A DNA stretch of 64,000 nucleotides from Dehalococcoidia bacterium (GCA_963667205.1 OY762959.1:2032829-2096828); one strand, 5' to 3'. Shown: positions 48,660 through 58,759, counted from the first letter of the stretch. Notes: generated by a model from the sequence alone, not told the origin. Translations and numbers: made by a program.

Positions 48660-48806
48660 CTCGTGCCCCGCAACGGAGGCACCATCAAGGCAGGCGCTTC
48701 AGGTGGGCGAGACGACGAGGAGGACGCGGGCGTGGTCTCCGGCTGCGGCGAAGTCGTCGGTCAGCGGACGGAAGCCGGGAGCGAGGTCGCGCATCATCGC
48801 GGGCGC

Positions 48807-49448
48807 CTAGATGTGCGGCGGGAAGAGCGATTCGAGCTCGGTGCGGAGGGGGTCGCCGTCCGGGAGGTAGCGCGAGAAGTCGCCGGCGGGCTGCTTGACG
48901 TCGCGACGACCGAAGGCGCTCTCCTTGCTGATCTTGTCCTGGAGGAGCATCAACCCCTGCAGCAGCGACTCAGGCCGCGGCGGACAACCGGGGACGTAGA
49001 CGTCGACGGGGATGATCAGGTTGACGCCGGGCAGGGTGCTGTAGCCATAGGCGAACGGGCCGCCGATCGTGGCGCAGCTGCCCATCGAGATGACGTAGCG
49101 CGGCTCGGCCATCTGCAGGTAGATGCGGCGCACGGGCGGCGACATCTTCCAGGTGACGGTGCCGGCGACGATCATCAGGTCGGCCTGGCGCGGTGAGGGG
49201 CGGAACAACTCGGCGCCGAAGCGGGAGATGTCGTAGCGGGGCATCGCCGTGGCGATCATCTCGATCGCGCAGCAGGCGAGGCCGAAGGCGACAGGCCAGA
49301 GGGACGACTTGCGCGCCCAGTTGACGAGGCCGTCGACGGAGCCGAGGAGCACGTTCTGACGGATCGACTCCTCGATGGAGGTCTCCGCGGCGTCATGGAC
49401 GGTGATGAGCTGATCGGACATGAGATTTACGTTTGTGGAGTTTATCAC
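48807..49448 (-). CDS. NuoB-like protein (complex I 20-kDa subunit / [NiFe]-hydrogenase small-subunit-like) with a C-terminal extension, stand-alone
   Basis: Shows [20 protein letters not shown] and VPGCPP, the N2 cluster cysteines. The 50-aa C-terminal tail is atypical, and no other nuo genes lie nearby. Confidence 0.75.
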   Translation of the reverse strand: MINSTNVNLMSDQLITVHDAAETSIEESIRQNVLLGSVDGLVNWARKSSLWPVAFGLACCAIEMIATAMPRYDISRFGAELFRPSPRQADLMIVAGTVTWKMSPPVRRIYLQMAEPRYVISMGSCATIGGPFAYGYSTLPGVNLIIPVDVYVPGCPPRPESLLQGLMLLQDKISKESAFGRRDVKQPAGDFSRYLPDGDPLRTELESLFPPHI

Positions 49449-49549
49449 GAGCGGGCGTTAGGATTGTGCCAGGCTCTTGCGATTGCTTTCGTTCGCCGAT
49501 ATCTCGCTCGGCGTTGATGTGCTAGCATCGCGGCCTGAGTCGGAAGAGA

Positions 49550-50197
49550 TTGCCCGTGCTTGGCCGCTCCTCGCCCTTGATCGATTTTGGCACCTCGGAC
49601 GTCGCCGTGATGAACGCGGACGGAACCGGCTCCGAGCTGGTTGCGAGCGATGGCTCAAAGGAGCAGTACGATCCGGCGTTCTTGCCGGACGGCACGAAGA
49701 TCGCGTACGTGGAGTTCCCGTCCCTCTCGCTGTCAGCTCGCGTATCGCCGCAATCTTCATCGGAGAGCCTTGTCGTCGCCAATCGGGACGGGTCGGGCGC
49801 GCAGGTCGTCTCACCGCCCGGTGTGCGGGTGTTCGGTCCAGATTGGCGTGTCAACGTAGCGGCCACACCGACGCTAACGCCATCACCGACGACGAGCCCG
49901 TCAGGCGACGCTCGCATCTGGGGCGACAACAACTGCTCGGGCGGAGTGAACCCGGTCGACTCGCTGCTCGTGCTGCGCGACGACGCCGGCCTGCCGACGG
50001 ACACGGGCGAGTGCCCGGACATGGGCCAGGTCGTCGAGGTCGCGAACGCCTCGCCGCACCCCTGGGGCGACGTGGACTGCAGCGCTGCGATGACGCCGGT
50101 GGACTCGCTCAAGATCCTGCGCGACGATGCGGGGCTAGACGTCAGCCAGGCAGCCGGCTGCCCGGACATCGGCGCCGACGTCACCGTCACCGAGTAG
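49550..50197 (+). CDS. PD40 (TolB-like beta-propeller repeat) fragment fused to a Pro/Thr linker and two dockerin-like repeats; possibly a truncated gene
   Basis: The PD40-like repeat is DGSKEQYDPAFLPDGTKIAYV, the linker is TPTLTPSPTTSPSGD, and the repeats are WGDNNCSGGVNPVDSLLVLRDDAGL...GECPDMG and WGDVDCSAAMTPVDSLKILRDDAGL...AGCPDIG. There is no signal peptide, and the upstream region is intergenic-like. Confidence 0.6.
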   Translation: MPVLGRSSPLIDFGTSDVAVMNADGTGSELVASDGSKEQYDPAFLPDGTKIAYVEFPSLSLSARVSPQSSSESLVVANRDGSGAQVVSPPGVRVFGPDWRVNVAATPTLTPSPTTSPSGDARIWGDNNCSGGVNPVDSLLVLRDDAGLPTDTGECPDMGQVVEVANASPHPWGDVDCSAAMTPVDSLKILRDDAGLDVSQAAGCPDIGADVTVTE

Positions 50198-50216
50198 CCA
50201 GCCACTTCAGCGGAAG

Positions 50217-50708
50217 CTAGCGGCGGGCGACGATGTGCGTGCTCGTCATCGTCGCCAGGAGGCGGCCATCCTCGTCCTTGAGCCGCGAGTCGGCGACCAT
50301 CAGGCGGCGGCCGGCGTGCGTCAGCGTCGTCTCGGCGATAACGTCGCCGTGGTCGACGTTGCGCAGGAGGCTGACGCTGATCTGGACGGACAGCGGGAAC
50401 GGCAGTTCGGCCTCGTCCGGTTGCTGGCGGCGCATCCACTCGAAGCAGGCTCTGGTGGCGGCGACGTCGGCGAGCTGGATGATCACGCCGGCGGCGAAGA
50501 CGCCCGTGCCCTGGCGCGCGGCCGGCTGGTAAGGCACGCGCATGACGACGCGCTCATCGCTGACTTCGACCATGCGCCTGCGGAAGGCGGCGATGACGTT
50601 GCCGCCGCTCTCCTCCATGCGCCGCCACCACTCCTCGTGCCAGGCGTCGTCGAATCCGGCGGCCTGACCCTCTTCGGTCCAGGAGGGCGGGCGTGGCTCA
50701 TCTGGCAT
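50217..50708 (-). CDS. PaaI/YbgC-type hotdog-fold thioesterase
   Basis: Has the hotdog core GVFAAGVIIQLADVAATRA, and a downstream region typical of PaaI. Confidence 0.75.
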   Translation of the reverse strand: MPDEPRPPSWTEEGQAAGFDDAWHEEWWRRMEESGGNVIAAFRRRMVEVSDERVVMRVPYQPAARQGTGVFAAGVIIQLADVAATRACFEWMRRQQPDEAELPFPLSVQISVSLLRNVDHGDVIAETTLTHAGRRLMVADSRLKDEDGRLLATMTSTHIVARR

Positions 50709-50920
50709 CAGGGGAGCTTCGCAACGGCGTTGTAGACACCGACGACGCAGACGATGCTGAGCATCCCCAGCCAGATCAGCGGGAAGAGCTCCTCGAGGCG
50801 GTTGACGACGGGGCCGCTCTCGACGGCGGCTGCATCAGCCGTGTTCGACTCATTCGGAGGCACCACGGCGGCGTGAGTGAGCGCATCCGGGGGGTGGAGT
50901 TCGCGTTCGTCTTCAGTCAT
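50708..50920 (-). CDS. Small hypothetical membrane protein
   Basis: 70 aa with one C-terminal TM helix (LFPLIWLGMLSIVCVVGVYNAV). Its stop overlaps the thioesterase start and its start overlaps the iscS stop, so it may be spurious. Confidence 0.35.
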   Translation of the reverse strand: MTEDERELHPPDALTHAAVVPPNESNTADAAAVESGPVVNRLEELFPLIWLGMLSIVCVVGVYNAVAKLP

Positions 50921-52161
50921 GACGCGGCACGCTCCGGCCAGCTTGGTGAGAGCGAACGCAGGCGTGACACGATGGCCGGAAGCGTTTCGAGGAAGTGGTC
51001 GATCTGGTCGTTCGTGTTGCTGGCGCCCACGGTGAGCCGCATGCTACCACGGGCGAGGTCTTCCGGGATGCCCATGGCGGTGAGGACGTGCGATGGCTCG
51101 AGAGAGCCGGTGGTGCAGGCGGATCCGCTGGAGCAGGCGGCGCCGGCGAGGTCGAGGGCGATCAGGACCGGCTCGCCCTCCACGAACTCGAAGCAGATGG
51201 AGGCGTTGTTGGCGGCGCGTCTTTCGAGTCCTGCGGATCCGCGGGAAGCCTCAGGATGAGCGGGAGTGGTTTGCGGCCCGGTGATGCGGACGTTCGGCAC
51301 CCGCTCCGGGATGCCGACGAGGAGTCGGTCACGCAGCTCACGGTAGTGCGCCGTACGCGCGCCGAACTCGTCGTAGGCGAGCTTGAGCGCGGTCGCCATG
51401 CCGAAGGCGCCGGCGACGTTCTCAGTGCCGGCGCGCCGGTTCTTCTCCTGCGCGCCGCCCAGCAGTTGCGGCAGAAGCGGGGTGCGCGGGCGCACGTAGA
51501 GGGCGCCGGTGCCCTTCGGTCCGTAGAACTTGTGCGCCGCAAGCGACATCAGATCGACGCCGAGCGAGTCGACGTCCAGGTCGAGGATGCCGGCAGCCTG
51601 CACGGCGTCGGTGTGGAAGACAGTCTTCGGGTTTCTCGACTTTACGGCGCGCACGGCCTCGGCCAGCGGTTCGATCGTGCCGACTTCGTTGTTCACGTAC
51701 ATGACGCTGACGAGCACCGTGTCGTCACCGACGGCGTCCTGCAGCTCACCGACGTCGATGAAGCCTTCGCCGTCAACGCTGAGGTAGGTAACGCGGAATC
51801 CGGCGCTTCCAAGGCGCTCGGCGGCGTGCAGGACGGCGTGGTGCTCGATCGCCGAGGTGATGACGTGATCGCCGCGGCCGGCGTTGCGGGCGGCCCAGGC
51901 GGCGCCTTGCAGCGCGAGGTTGTTGGACTCGGAGCCGCCGGCAGTGAAGATGAGGTCGTTCGACCCGCAGCCGAGGACGCCCGCGATCGTGGCGCGCGCC
52001 GAGTCAAGGCCGCGCCGGGCGTCCTGCGCTTCAGCGTAGATGCTAGACGGGTTGCCCCAGGCCGTCGTCAGGTAAGGCATCATCGCCTCCAGCACCCGCG
52101 GGTCAAGCGGCGTGGTGGCGGCGTGATCGAGGTAGATGCGTTCGGGCGGCGCGCTAGTCAC
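50917..52161 (-). CDS. iscS: Cysteine desulfurase (class I, IscS/NifS-like)
   Basis: Begins IYLDHAATTPLDP. Has the PLP lysine region SLAAHKFYGPKG and the active-site Cys loop SSGSACTTGSLEPSHVL. Confidence 0.85.
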   Translation of the reverse strand: MTSAPPERIYLDHAATTPLDPRVLEAMMPYLTTAWGNPSSIYAEAQDARRGLDSARATIAGVLGCGSNDLIFTAGGSESNNLALQGAAWAARNAGRGDHVITSAIEHHAVLHAAERLGSAGFRVTYLSVDGEGFIDVGELQDAVGDDTVLVSVMYVNNEVGTIEPLAEAVRAVKSRNPKTVFHTDAVQAAGILDLDVDSLGVDLMSLAAHKFYGPKGTGALYVRPRTPLLPQLLGGAQEKNRRAGTENVAGAFGMATALKLAYDEFGARTAHYRELRDRLLVGIPERVPNVRITGPQTTPAHPEASRGSAGLERRAANNASICFEFVEGEPVLIALDLAGAACSSGSACTTGSLEPSHVLTAMGIPEDLARGSMRLTVGASNTNDQIDHFLETLPAIVSRLRSLSPSWPERAAS

Positions 52162-52318
52162 GAACCTATTGTAACGGCCGGCCGCTGAGGGATCGCTTGT
52201 GACAGCGCGAACGCTGGTTTGTACCTGATTGAGCCGTGCGAGGGCCGTGTGCTAAAATGGCGGTAGATAAAGACAGTCATTAATTCGTTAATTCACCGCC
52301 CCCTATCTTGGAGAGTCG

Positions 52319-53785
52319 ATGGTAGCCGAAAAAGAACCCAAGGTCATCTCCCGCACGTCGGAGGTGGAGTCCGATTACAAATGGGGCTTCTTCACCGATA
52401 TCGAGATGGACATGGCCCCGAAGGGCCTCAACGAGGACATCGTCCGGCTGATCTCTCGCAAGAAGAACGAGCCGGAGTGGATGACCGAGTCGCGGCTGAA
52501 GGCGTTCCGTTACTGGATGACGCTGGAGTACAAGGAGCCGCGCTGGGCGAAGATCAGCTTCCCGCCGATCGACTACCAGGACGCCTACTACTACGCGGCG
52601 CCCAAGCAGAAGGAAGACGCGCCGGGCAGCCTCGACGAAGTCGACCCGGAGCTGATCGAGGCGTTCGACAAGCTGGGCATCCCGCTCGAAGAGCAGAAGA
52701 AGCTGACGGGCGTCGCCGTGGACGCCGTCTTCGATAGCGTTTCGGTGGCGACGACGTTCCAGAAGCAGCTGGAGGACGCCGGCGTCATCTTCTGCCCGAT
52801 CTCCGAGGCGATCGAGAAGCACCCGGAGCTGGTACGCAAGTACATGGGCTCCGTCGTCCCGTACACCGATAACTTCTTCGCCGCGCTCAACGCCGCCGTC
52901 TTCAGCGACGGCACGTTCTGCTACGTGCCGCCTGGAGTCCGCTGCCCGATGGAGCTGATGACCTACTTCCGCATCAACGCCGAAGGGACCGGCCAGTTCG
53001 AGCGGACGCTGATCATCGCCGACAAGGGCGCTTACGTGAGCTACCTGGAAGGCTGCACGGCGCCGATGCGCAAGACGAACCAGCTGCATGCGGCCGTGGT
53101 CGAGCTGATCGCCGAGGAAGGTGCCGAGATCAAGTACTCGACGCTGCAGAACTGGTACCCCGGAGACAAGGACGGCAACGGCGGCGTCTACAACTTCGTG
53201 ACCAAGCGCGGCAAGTGCGCCGGGCGTGACTCCAAGATCTCCTGGACGCAGGTGGAGACCGGCTCAGCGATCACGTGGAAGTACCCCAGCGTGATCCTGC
53301 AAGGCGACAACTCTGTCGGCGAGTTCTACTCCGTGGCGCTGGTCAACAACCACCAGCAGGCCGACACAGGTACGAAGATGATCCACCTGGGCAAGAACAC
53401 GAAGAGCACGATCATCTCCAAGGGCATCTCCGCGGGCAAGGCGCAGAACACCTACCGCGGGCTCGTGCGGATCATGCCGGGCGCAGAGAACGCGCGAAAC
53501 TTCACGCGCTGCGACTCGCTGCTTATCGGCAGCGACTGCGGCGCGCACACGGTGCCGTACATCGAGGTGCGCAACCCGACCGCGCACATGGAGCACGAGG
53601 CGACGACGTCCCGCGTCAGCGAGGACCAGCTGTTCTACCTCATGCAGCGCGGCATCAACGAAGAAGACTCGCAATACATGATCATCAACGGCTTCTGCAA
53701 GGGAGTGTTCAAGGAGCTGCCGTTCGAATTCGCGATGGAAGCTTCGCAGCTGCTCAAGGTGAGCCTCGAAGGGTCTGTGGGCTAA
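52319..53785 (+). CDS. sufB: Fe-S cluster assembly protein SufB
   Basis: 488 aa. Shows SufB-specific regions ([21 protein letters not shown]; [22 protein letters not shown]). Confidence 0.9.
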   Translation: MVAEKEPKVISRTSEVESDYKWGFFTDIEMDMAPKGLNEDIVRLISRKKNEPEWMTESRLKAFRYWMTLEYKEPRWAKISFPPIDYQDAYYYAAPKQKEDAPGSLDEVDPELIEAFDKLGIPLEEQKKLTGVAVDAVFDSVSVATTFQKQLEDAGVIFCPISEAIEKHPELVRKYMGSVVPYTDNFFAALNAAVFSDGTFCYVPPGVRCPMELMTYFRINAEGTGQFERTLIIADKGAYVSYLEGCTAPMRKTNQLHAAVVELIAEEGAEIKYSTLQNWYPGDKDGNGGVYNFVTKRGKCAGRDSKISWTQVETGSAITWKYPSVILQGDNSVGEFYSVALVNNHQQADTGTKMIHLGKNTKSTIISKGISAGKAQNTYRGLVRIMPGAENARNFTRCDSLLIGSDCGAHTVPYIEVRNPTAHMEHEATTSRVSEDQLFYLMQRGINEEDSQYMIINGFCKGVFKELPFEFAMEASQLLKVSLEGSVG

Positions 53786-54627
53786 TGGCGGCTCCGCTGC
53801 TGGAAGTGCGTGACCTGCACGTCGCGGTCGCCGAGAAAGAGATCCTGACCGGCGTGAACCTGACCGTCAACGAAGGCGAGGTGCACGCGATCATGGGCCC
53901 GAACGGCAGCGGCAAGAGCACGCTGACCAACGTCGTCGCCGGCAAGCCCGGATACGTCGTGACGGGCGGCGACGTCCTCTACGAGGGCGAAAGCATCCTC
54001 GCGAAGCTGCCCGACGAGAGGGCCCGCGCCGGAATCTTCATGGCGTTGCAGTACCCCATTGAACTGCCCGGCATCCGCAACCGCGAGTTTCTGCGCACGG
54101 CGCTCGATGCGCTGAGGGAGAGCCGCGGCGAGGACAAGATTGGCGTAAGGGAGTTCAACAAGATGCTGGAGGCGAAGGCCGAGGAACTGGGCCTGGAGCC
54201 GGACATGATGCGGCGCAACGTGAACGAGGGCTTCTCGGGCGGCGAAAAGAAGCGCAACGAGATCCTGCAGCTGGCCGTCCTCGAACCGAAGCTGGCCCTG
54301 CTCGACGAGACCGACTCCGGCCTGGACATCGACGCGCTGAAGATCGTCGCCGACGGTGTGAACCGCTTCCGGGGACCGGAAAGGGCGATCGTCCTCGTCA
54401 CGCACTACCAGCGCATCCTCAACTACATCACCCCCGACTTCGTGCACGTGCTCATCGATGGGCACATCGTCCGCTCAGGCGACCGCGAGCTGGCCCTCGA
54501 GCTAGAGGCGCGCGGTTACGACTGGCTGCGCGAAGAAGCCCAGACGGGCGCAGCCCTGACGGGCGCAGCCCTGACGGGCGCTGCCCCGACCGGCACGGCC
54601 CCGACCGGCACGGCGCCGGCGGCGTAA
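53785..54627 (+). CDS. sufC: Fe-S cluster assembly ATPase SufC with a repetitive Ala/Thr/Gly-rich C-terminal tail
   Basis: Begins LEVRDLHVAV. Has Walker A GPNGSGKST, the ABC signature FSGGEKKR, and Walker B LLDETDSGLD. The TAATG start overlaps the sufB stop. Confidence 0.9.
   Translation: MAAPLLEVRDLHVAVAEKEILTGVNLTVNEGEVHAIMGPNGSGKSTLTNVVAGKPGYVVTGGDVLYEGESILAKLPDERARAGIFMALQYPIELPGIRNREFLRTALDALRESRGEDKIGVREFNKMLEAKAEELGLEPDMMRRNVNEGFSGGEKKRNEILQLAVLEPKLALLDETDSGLDIDALKIVADGVNRFRGPERAIVLVTHYQRILNYITPDFVHVLIDGHIVRSGDRELALELEARGYDWLREEAQTGAALTGAALTGAAPTGTAPTGTAPAA
54549..54627. repeat. Tandem 15-bp direct repeats (2 + 2 copies) at the 3' end of sufC
   Basis: gacgggcgcagccct occurs twice and gaccggcacggcccc twice, encoding TGAALTGAALTGAAPTGTAPTGTAPAA. 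Confidence 0.6.
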
Positions 54628-54637
54628 AGGAGCAGCG

Positions 54638-55942
54638 ATGACTCAGGCCGTCGCAACGTACGAGCAGTACGAGGCCGACTTTCGCAGGCTGCAGGAGGAG
54701 CGCTCGTCTGACCCCGACTGGCTGAAGGAGCTACGGAGCGCCGCGTTCGCGCGCTTCCAGGAGCTCGGCTTCCCGGTCGCGCGCAAGGGCAACGAACCGT
54801 GGAAATACACGGACATCCGCCTGCTCGCCGCCGAGACGTTCCCGTACAAGACTGGCGCCGACGGCACCGTCGACCCGGCTCAGCTGTTCCCCTTCGACGA
54901 GGGGATGGCGCGGCTCGCGTTCGTCAACGGCTGCTTCTCGCCGGAGCTCTCGACGCCGCCGGATGGCGTCGTCGCGATGTCGCTGGCGCAGGCGCTCACG
55001 GAGCACGGCGCGGACGTACAACGTGACCTCGCTCAGCACGCGCCGCTCGCCGACGAGGCGTTCACCGCGCTGAACACGGCGTTCCTGGCGGACGGTGCGT
55101 TCGTGCTCGCCGAAGGCGCCGTGCCATCGCCGCTCCACATCGTCTACGTGACGACCGAGCGCATGGTGACGCACCCACGAACGCTGATCGTCGCGCGGCC
55201 GACGAGCGAGCTGAGCGTCGTCGAGAGCTACATCAGCGCCAGCGGCGGCCCTCACTTCACGAACGCCGTCACGGAGATCGCTCTCGAGGACGGCGCGCAG
55301 GTGACGCACCGCAAGCTGCTGCTCGAGAACCATGAGGCGTACCACATGGCCAGCACGCGCGTTCACCAGTCGCGCGACTCGGCCTACCGGTCGCTGGTTT
55401 ACGAGGTGGGTGGCGGTCTGGCGCGCAACGACCTGACGGTGCTGCTGGACGCCGAGGGTGCGGAGGCGTACCTCAAGGGCCTCTATGTCACCGCCGGCAA
55501 TCAGCACACCGACAACAACGTCAACATCGACCACGCCAAACCGCACGGCTACAGCCGGCTGTACTACAAGGGCATCCTGGACGAGCAGTCGCGGGCCGTG
55601 TTCGGCGGCATGGTGATGGTGCGTCCGGGCGCCGACAAGACCGACGCCCACCAGGAGGACAAGAACCTGATCCTCTCGCACGAAGCGGAAGTCGACAGCA
55701 AGCCGGCGCTGGAGATCTACGCCGACGACGTCAAGGCCGGCCACGGCGCGACCGCCGGTGCGATCGCCGATGATGCGCTCTTCTACATGCAAAGCCGCGG
55801 CATCGACCCCGAGCAGGCGATGCTCTTCCTCGTCCGCGGGTTCGCCAGCGAGATATTCGACTCCGAGACTATCGATCCGCTGCGCGAGTGGCTCGAAGAG
55901 CGAACGACGCAGGCGCTGCCGCGATTTCGAGACGCGAGATAA
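54638..55942 (+). CDS. sufD: Fe-S cluster assembly protein SufD
   Basis: 434 aa with the SufD/SufB-like beta-helix C-terminal region (SKPALEIYADDVKAGHGATAG). Confidence 0.88.
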   Translation: MTQAVATYEQYEADFRRLQEERSSDPDWLKELRSAAFARFQELGFPVARKGNEPWKYTDIRLLAAETFPYKTGADGTVDPAQLFPFDEGMARLAFVNGCFSPELSTPPDGVVAMSLAQALTEHGADVQRDLAQHAPLADEAFTALNTAFLADGAFVLAEGAVPSPLHIVYVTTERMVTHPRTLIVARPTSELSVVESYISASGGPHFTNAVTEIALEDGAQVTHRKLLLENHEAYHMASTRVHQSRDSAYRSLVYEVGGGLARNDLTVLLDAEGAEAYLKGLYVTAGNQHTDNNVNIDHAKPHGYSRLYYKGILDEQSRAVFGGMVMVRPGADKTDAHQEDKNLILSHEAEVDSKPALEIYADDVKAGHGATAGAIADDALFYMQSRGIDPEQAMLFLVRGFASEIFDSETIDPLREWLEERTTQALPRFRDAR

Positions 55943-55950
55943 GACAGCCT

Positions 55951-57204
55951 ATGGATCCGCCGGAGGAGACAAGAGACAGAGTGCTCGACACTGACGCGAT
56001 CCGCCGCGACTTCCCGATCCTCGGGCGCGAGGTGTACGGGAAGAAGCTCGTGTACCTCGATAACGCGGCGACGTCACAAAAGCCGCGTCAGGTGATCGAC
56101 GCGCTTGTTCGCTACTACGAGTCCTACAACGCGAACATCCACCGCGCGGTGCACGCCCTGGGCGAAGAGGCCACGGCAGCCTACGAGGAGGCCCGCGGGA
56201 AGGTCGCGCGCTTCATCAACGCAGCCTCCCCCGAGACGGTGATCTTCACGCGGAACACGACGGAGGCGATCAACCTGGTCGCGTACGCGTGGGGCCGGGC
56301 GAACCTGGGCGCGGGCGACGAGATCATCCTCACGCAGATGGAGCACCACTCGAACCTGATCCCGTGGCAGCTGCTGGCCGAAGAGAAGGGCGCGACGATC
56401 CGCTACATCGAAGTCACGGCGGACGGCCGGCTGGAGCTGGGGAACCTGAGCGCGCTGTTCAGCCCGCGCACGAAGCTGCTGGCGATGCCGCATGTCTCGA
56501 ACTCACTGGGGACGATCAACCCGGCCGCAGAGATCGTCGCCGAGGCGCGGAAGCGAGGCGTCACGACACTTATCGACGGCGCACAGGCGACGCCGCACAT
56601 GCCGGTCGACGTCCAGGAGGTTGGCGCGGATTTCTACGCCTTCTCGGCGCACAAGATGCTGGGCCCGACGGGCGTTGGTGTGCTGCATGCGCGACGGGAG
56701 GTGTTGGAGGAGATGGCGCCATTCCTGGGCGGCGGCGAGATGATCCTCAAGGTGACGTTCGAAGGCGCGACCTGGAACGATCTGCCCTGGAAGTTCGAGG
56801 CGGGGACGCCAAACATCGCGGACGTGATCGCGTTCGGCTCGGCGATCGACTACCTCGATGTGCTGGGTATGGAGAAAGTTCGCGCCCACGAGGTCGAGGT
56901 CACGGGGTACGCGCTGGAGCGGCTGCGAACGCTCGACGACGTGACGCTGTACGGCCCCGACGACCCGGATGAGCGCGGCGGCGTGGTCTCGTTCAACTAT
57001 GGCGATCTGCACCCGCACGACGTCGGCACGATCCTCGACCGGCAGGGCGTGGCGATCCGCGCCGGGCACCACTGCACGCAGCCGCTGATGCGCTGCCTCG
57101 GCGTAACCGGCACGGCTCGCGCGAGCTTCTACCTTTACAATACGCAGGACGAGGTTGACGCGCTGATCGACGGGCTGAAGGCGGCCCGGGACTTCTTCAA
57201 GTAG
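55951..57204 (+). CDS. sufS: Cysteine desulfurase SufS (class II)
   Basis: Begins LVYLDNAATSQKP. Has the PLP lysine FSAHKMLGPTGVG and the catalytic Cys RAGHHCTQPL. The ATG at 55951 lies 8 nt after the sufD stop. Confidence 0.9.
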   Translation: MDPPEETRDRVLDTDAIRRDFPILGREVYGKKLVYLDNAATSQKPRQVIDALVRYYESYNANIHRAVHALGEEATAAYEEARGKVARFINAASPETVIFTRNTTEAINLVAYAWGRANLGAGDEIILTQMEHHSNLIPWQLLAEEKGATIRYIEVTADGRLELGNLSALFSPRTKLLAMPHVSNSLGTINPAAEIVAEARKRGVTTLIDGAQATPHMPVDVQEVGADFYAFSAHKMLGPTGVGVLHARREVLEEMAPFLGGGEMILKVTFEGATWNDLPWKFEAGTPNIADVIAFGSAIDYLDVLGMEKVRAHEVEVTGYALERLRTLDDVTLYGPDDPDERGGVVSFNYGDLHPHDVGTILDRQGVAIRAGHHCTQPLMRCLGVTGTARASFYLYNTQDEVDALIDGLKAARDFFK

Positions 57205-57224
57205 CGGACAGTGGATAGGGGACA

Positions 57225-57692
57225 GTGGTAGTGACTAGCGACGAGTTCCGGCGGCAAGAGGCTGATCTGGATGAGCTCTACCGCGATATCATCATCGACC
57301 ACTACCGCAACCCGCGCCACAAGGGCCACCTGAGCGCGCCCTCGGCCTGCCACGAGGGCGTGAACCCGCTCTGCGGCGACGAGGTGACGGTGGAGGTGGC
57401 GTTGGACGGCGAGGCGCTCGGCGAGATCGCCTACTCGGGCTCAGGCTGCTCGATCAGCCAGTCGTCGGCGTCGATGATGACGGAGGCGGTGGCGGGCAAG
57501 AGCGTGGCCGAGACGCGCCGGCTGATCGCCGATTTCACGGCGATGATGCGCGGCGACGAGGGTGTCGATCCGGACGCGTTAGGCGACCTCGAGGCGATGT
57601 CCGGCGTGCGTAAGTTCCCCGTGCGCATCAAGTGCGCCACGCTGGCCTGGCACACTTTGGCCGAAGCGCTGGACCAAGCGTCCGCGGGCTAG
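57225..57692 (+). CDS. sufU: Zinc-dependent sulfur transferase SufU (NifU/IscU-like)
   Basis: Shows NPLCGDEVTVEV, GSGCSISQSSASMMTE and KCATLAWH, the three Cys Zn ligands. GTG start with a GGGGA SD. Confidence 0.85.
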   Translation: MVVTSDEFRRQEADLDELYRDIIIDHYRNPRHKGHLSAPSACHEGVNPLCGDEVTVEVALDGEALGEIAYSGSGCSISQSSASMMTEAVAGKSVAETRRLIADFTAMMRGDEGVDPDALGDLEAMSGVRKFPVRIKCATLAWHTLAEALDQASAG

Positions 57693-57732
57693 GCCGGGCC
57701 GGGCCGAAGCCGGACCCCCGAGAGACGACGGC

Positions 57733-58722
57733 TCAGGCGTAGGAGAACGACTCGAGAAAGCGGCGCATAGCGGCGGGCGCCGGCACCTCGGCGAAGAGCG
57801 TCTCGTAGAGGAGCGCCAGGAGCGGGAGGCGGCTCGTGTCGCCGGCAAGCTCCGTGATCGAACGGCATGCGGCGACCCCTTCGACGGTGTTCGAGCGGTG
57901 GAAGCGCTGCCAGTCAACGGCCTTGCCCATCCGCTCGCCGAGCGTGCGGTTGCGGCTGTGTGCGCTGAAGCCCGTCGTCAGGAGGTCGCCGATGCCAGCG
58001 AGCCCGAAGACGGTGTCGCGCTGGCCGCCGAGGTCCGTGGCGATCTCGCACATTTCATCGAGAGCGATTGTGGCAAGAAAGGCCTTCGTGTTGGTGCCGA
58101 GGTGGAGGCCGTCGGCGATGCCAAGGGCGATGGCGTAGACGTTCTTGAGCGTGGAGCACAGTTCGAGTCCGGCGACGTCGGAGGTCGTCTGGATCTTGAG
58201 GTGGCCGTTCTGGAGGATCGTCTGGCAGGCGGCGCGTTCGGCCGCTCCGGGCAGGCCGACGATGGCCGCCATCGGCTGGCCGCGCGCCATCTCCGCGGCG
58301 ATCGCCGGGCCGCCCATGCTGCCGACGAAGTCCGCGCAGCCGTCCGGCAGCTCGGCGCCGATGACTTCGCTCATGCGGCGGTGGCTGCCGGACTCGAGGC
58401 CCTTGGCGACATTGAGCACCAGCTGACCGGGCTTGACGGCTTCGGCAAGATCGGCGGCGACGGCACGGACGACCTGCGAAGGCACGCTGATGATGACGAG
58501 CCGGGCGCCGTCAACCGCTTCGGCCATCGCCCAGGCGGCCTCGATGCCGTCGTGCAGGCGGACGTCTTCCAGGTAGCGTGTGTTCAGGTGCTTGTCGCGC
58601 ACTTCCTCGAGGACGTCGTGCTCGATGCTCCAGAGGCGCACGTGATGGCCGTTGGTGGCGACGACCTGGGCGAGGGCGGTGCCCATGTTGCCCGCACCGA
58701 GAACGGCGACGGATTCACTCAT
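57733..58722 (-). CDS. gpsA: NAD(P)H-dependent glycerol-3-phosphate dehydrogenase
   Basis: Begins VAVLGAGNMGTALA (Rossmann) and has the NVAKGLE and GLAGIGDLLTT motifs. Confidence 0.88.
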   Translation of the reverse strand: MSESVAVLGAGNMGTALAQVVATNGHHVRLWSIEHDVLEEVRDKHLNTRYLEDVRLHDGIEAAWAMAEAVDGARLVIISVPSQVVRAVAADLAEAVKPGQLVLNVAKGLESGSHRRMSEVIGAELPDGCADFVGSMGGPAIAAEMARGQPMAAIVGLPGAAERAACQTILQNGHLKIQTTSDVAGLELCSTLKNVYAIALGIADGLHLGTNTKAFLATIALDEMCEIATDLGGQRDTVFGLAGIGDLLTTGFSAHSRNRTLGERMGKAVDWQRFHRSNTVEGVAACRSITELAGDTSRLPLLALLYETLFAEVPAPAAMRRFLESFSYA

Positions 58723-58759
58723 GGCGTTGAGGTTACAGGCGGCGCGAGTGAGACGCTAG

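Noticed and set aside
48699-48701. TGA followed by S-A-C (a possible U-x-x-C selenoprotein redox motif).
   Set aside because: No convincing SECIS-like hairpin lies immediately downstream. No selA/selB/selD genes are in the window. Sequence after the TGA in that frame is Pro/Ser/Thr junk. A frameshift or indel explains the data better.
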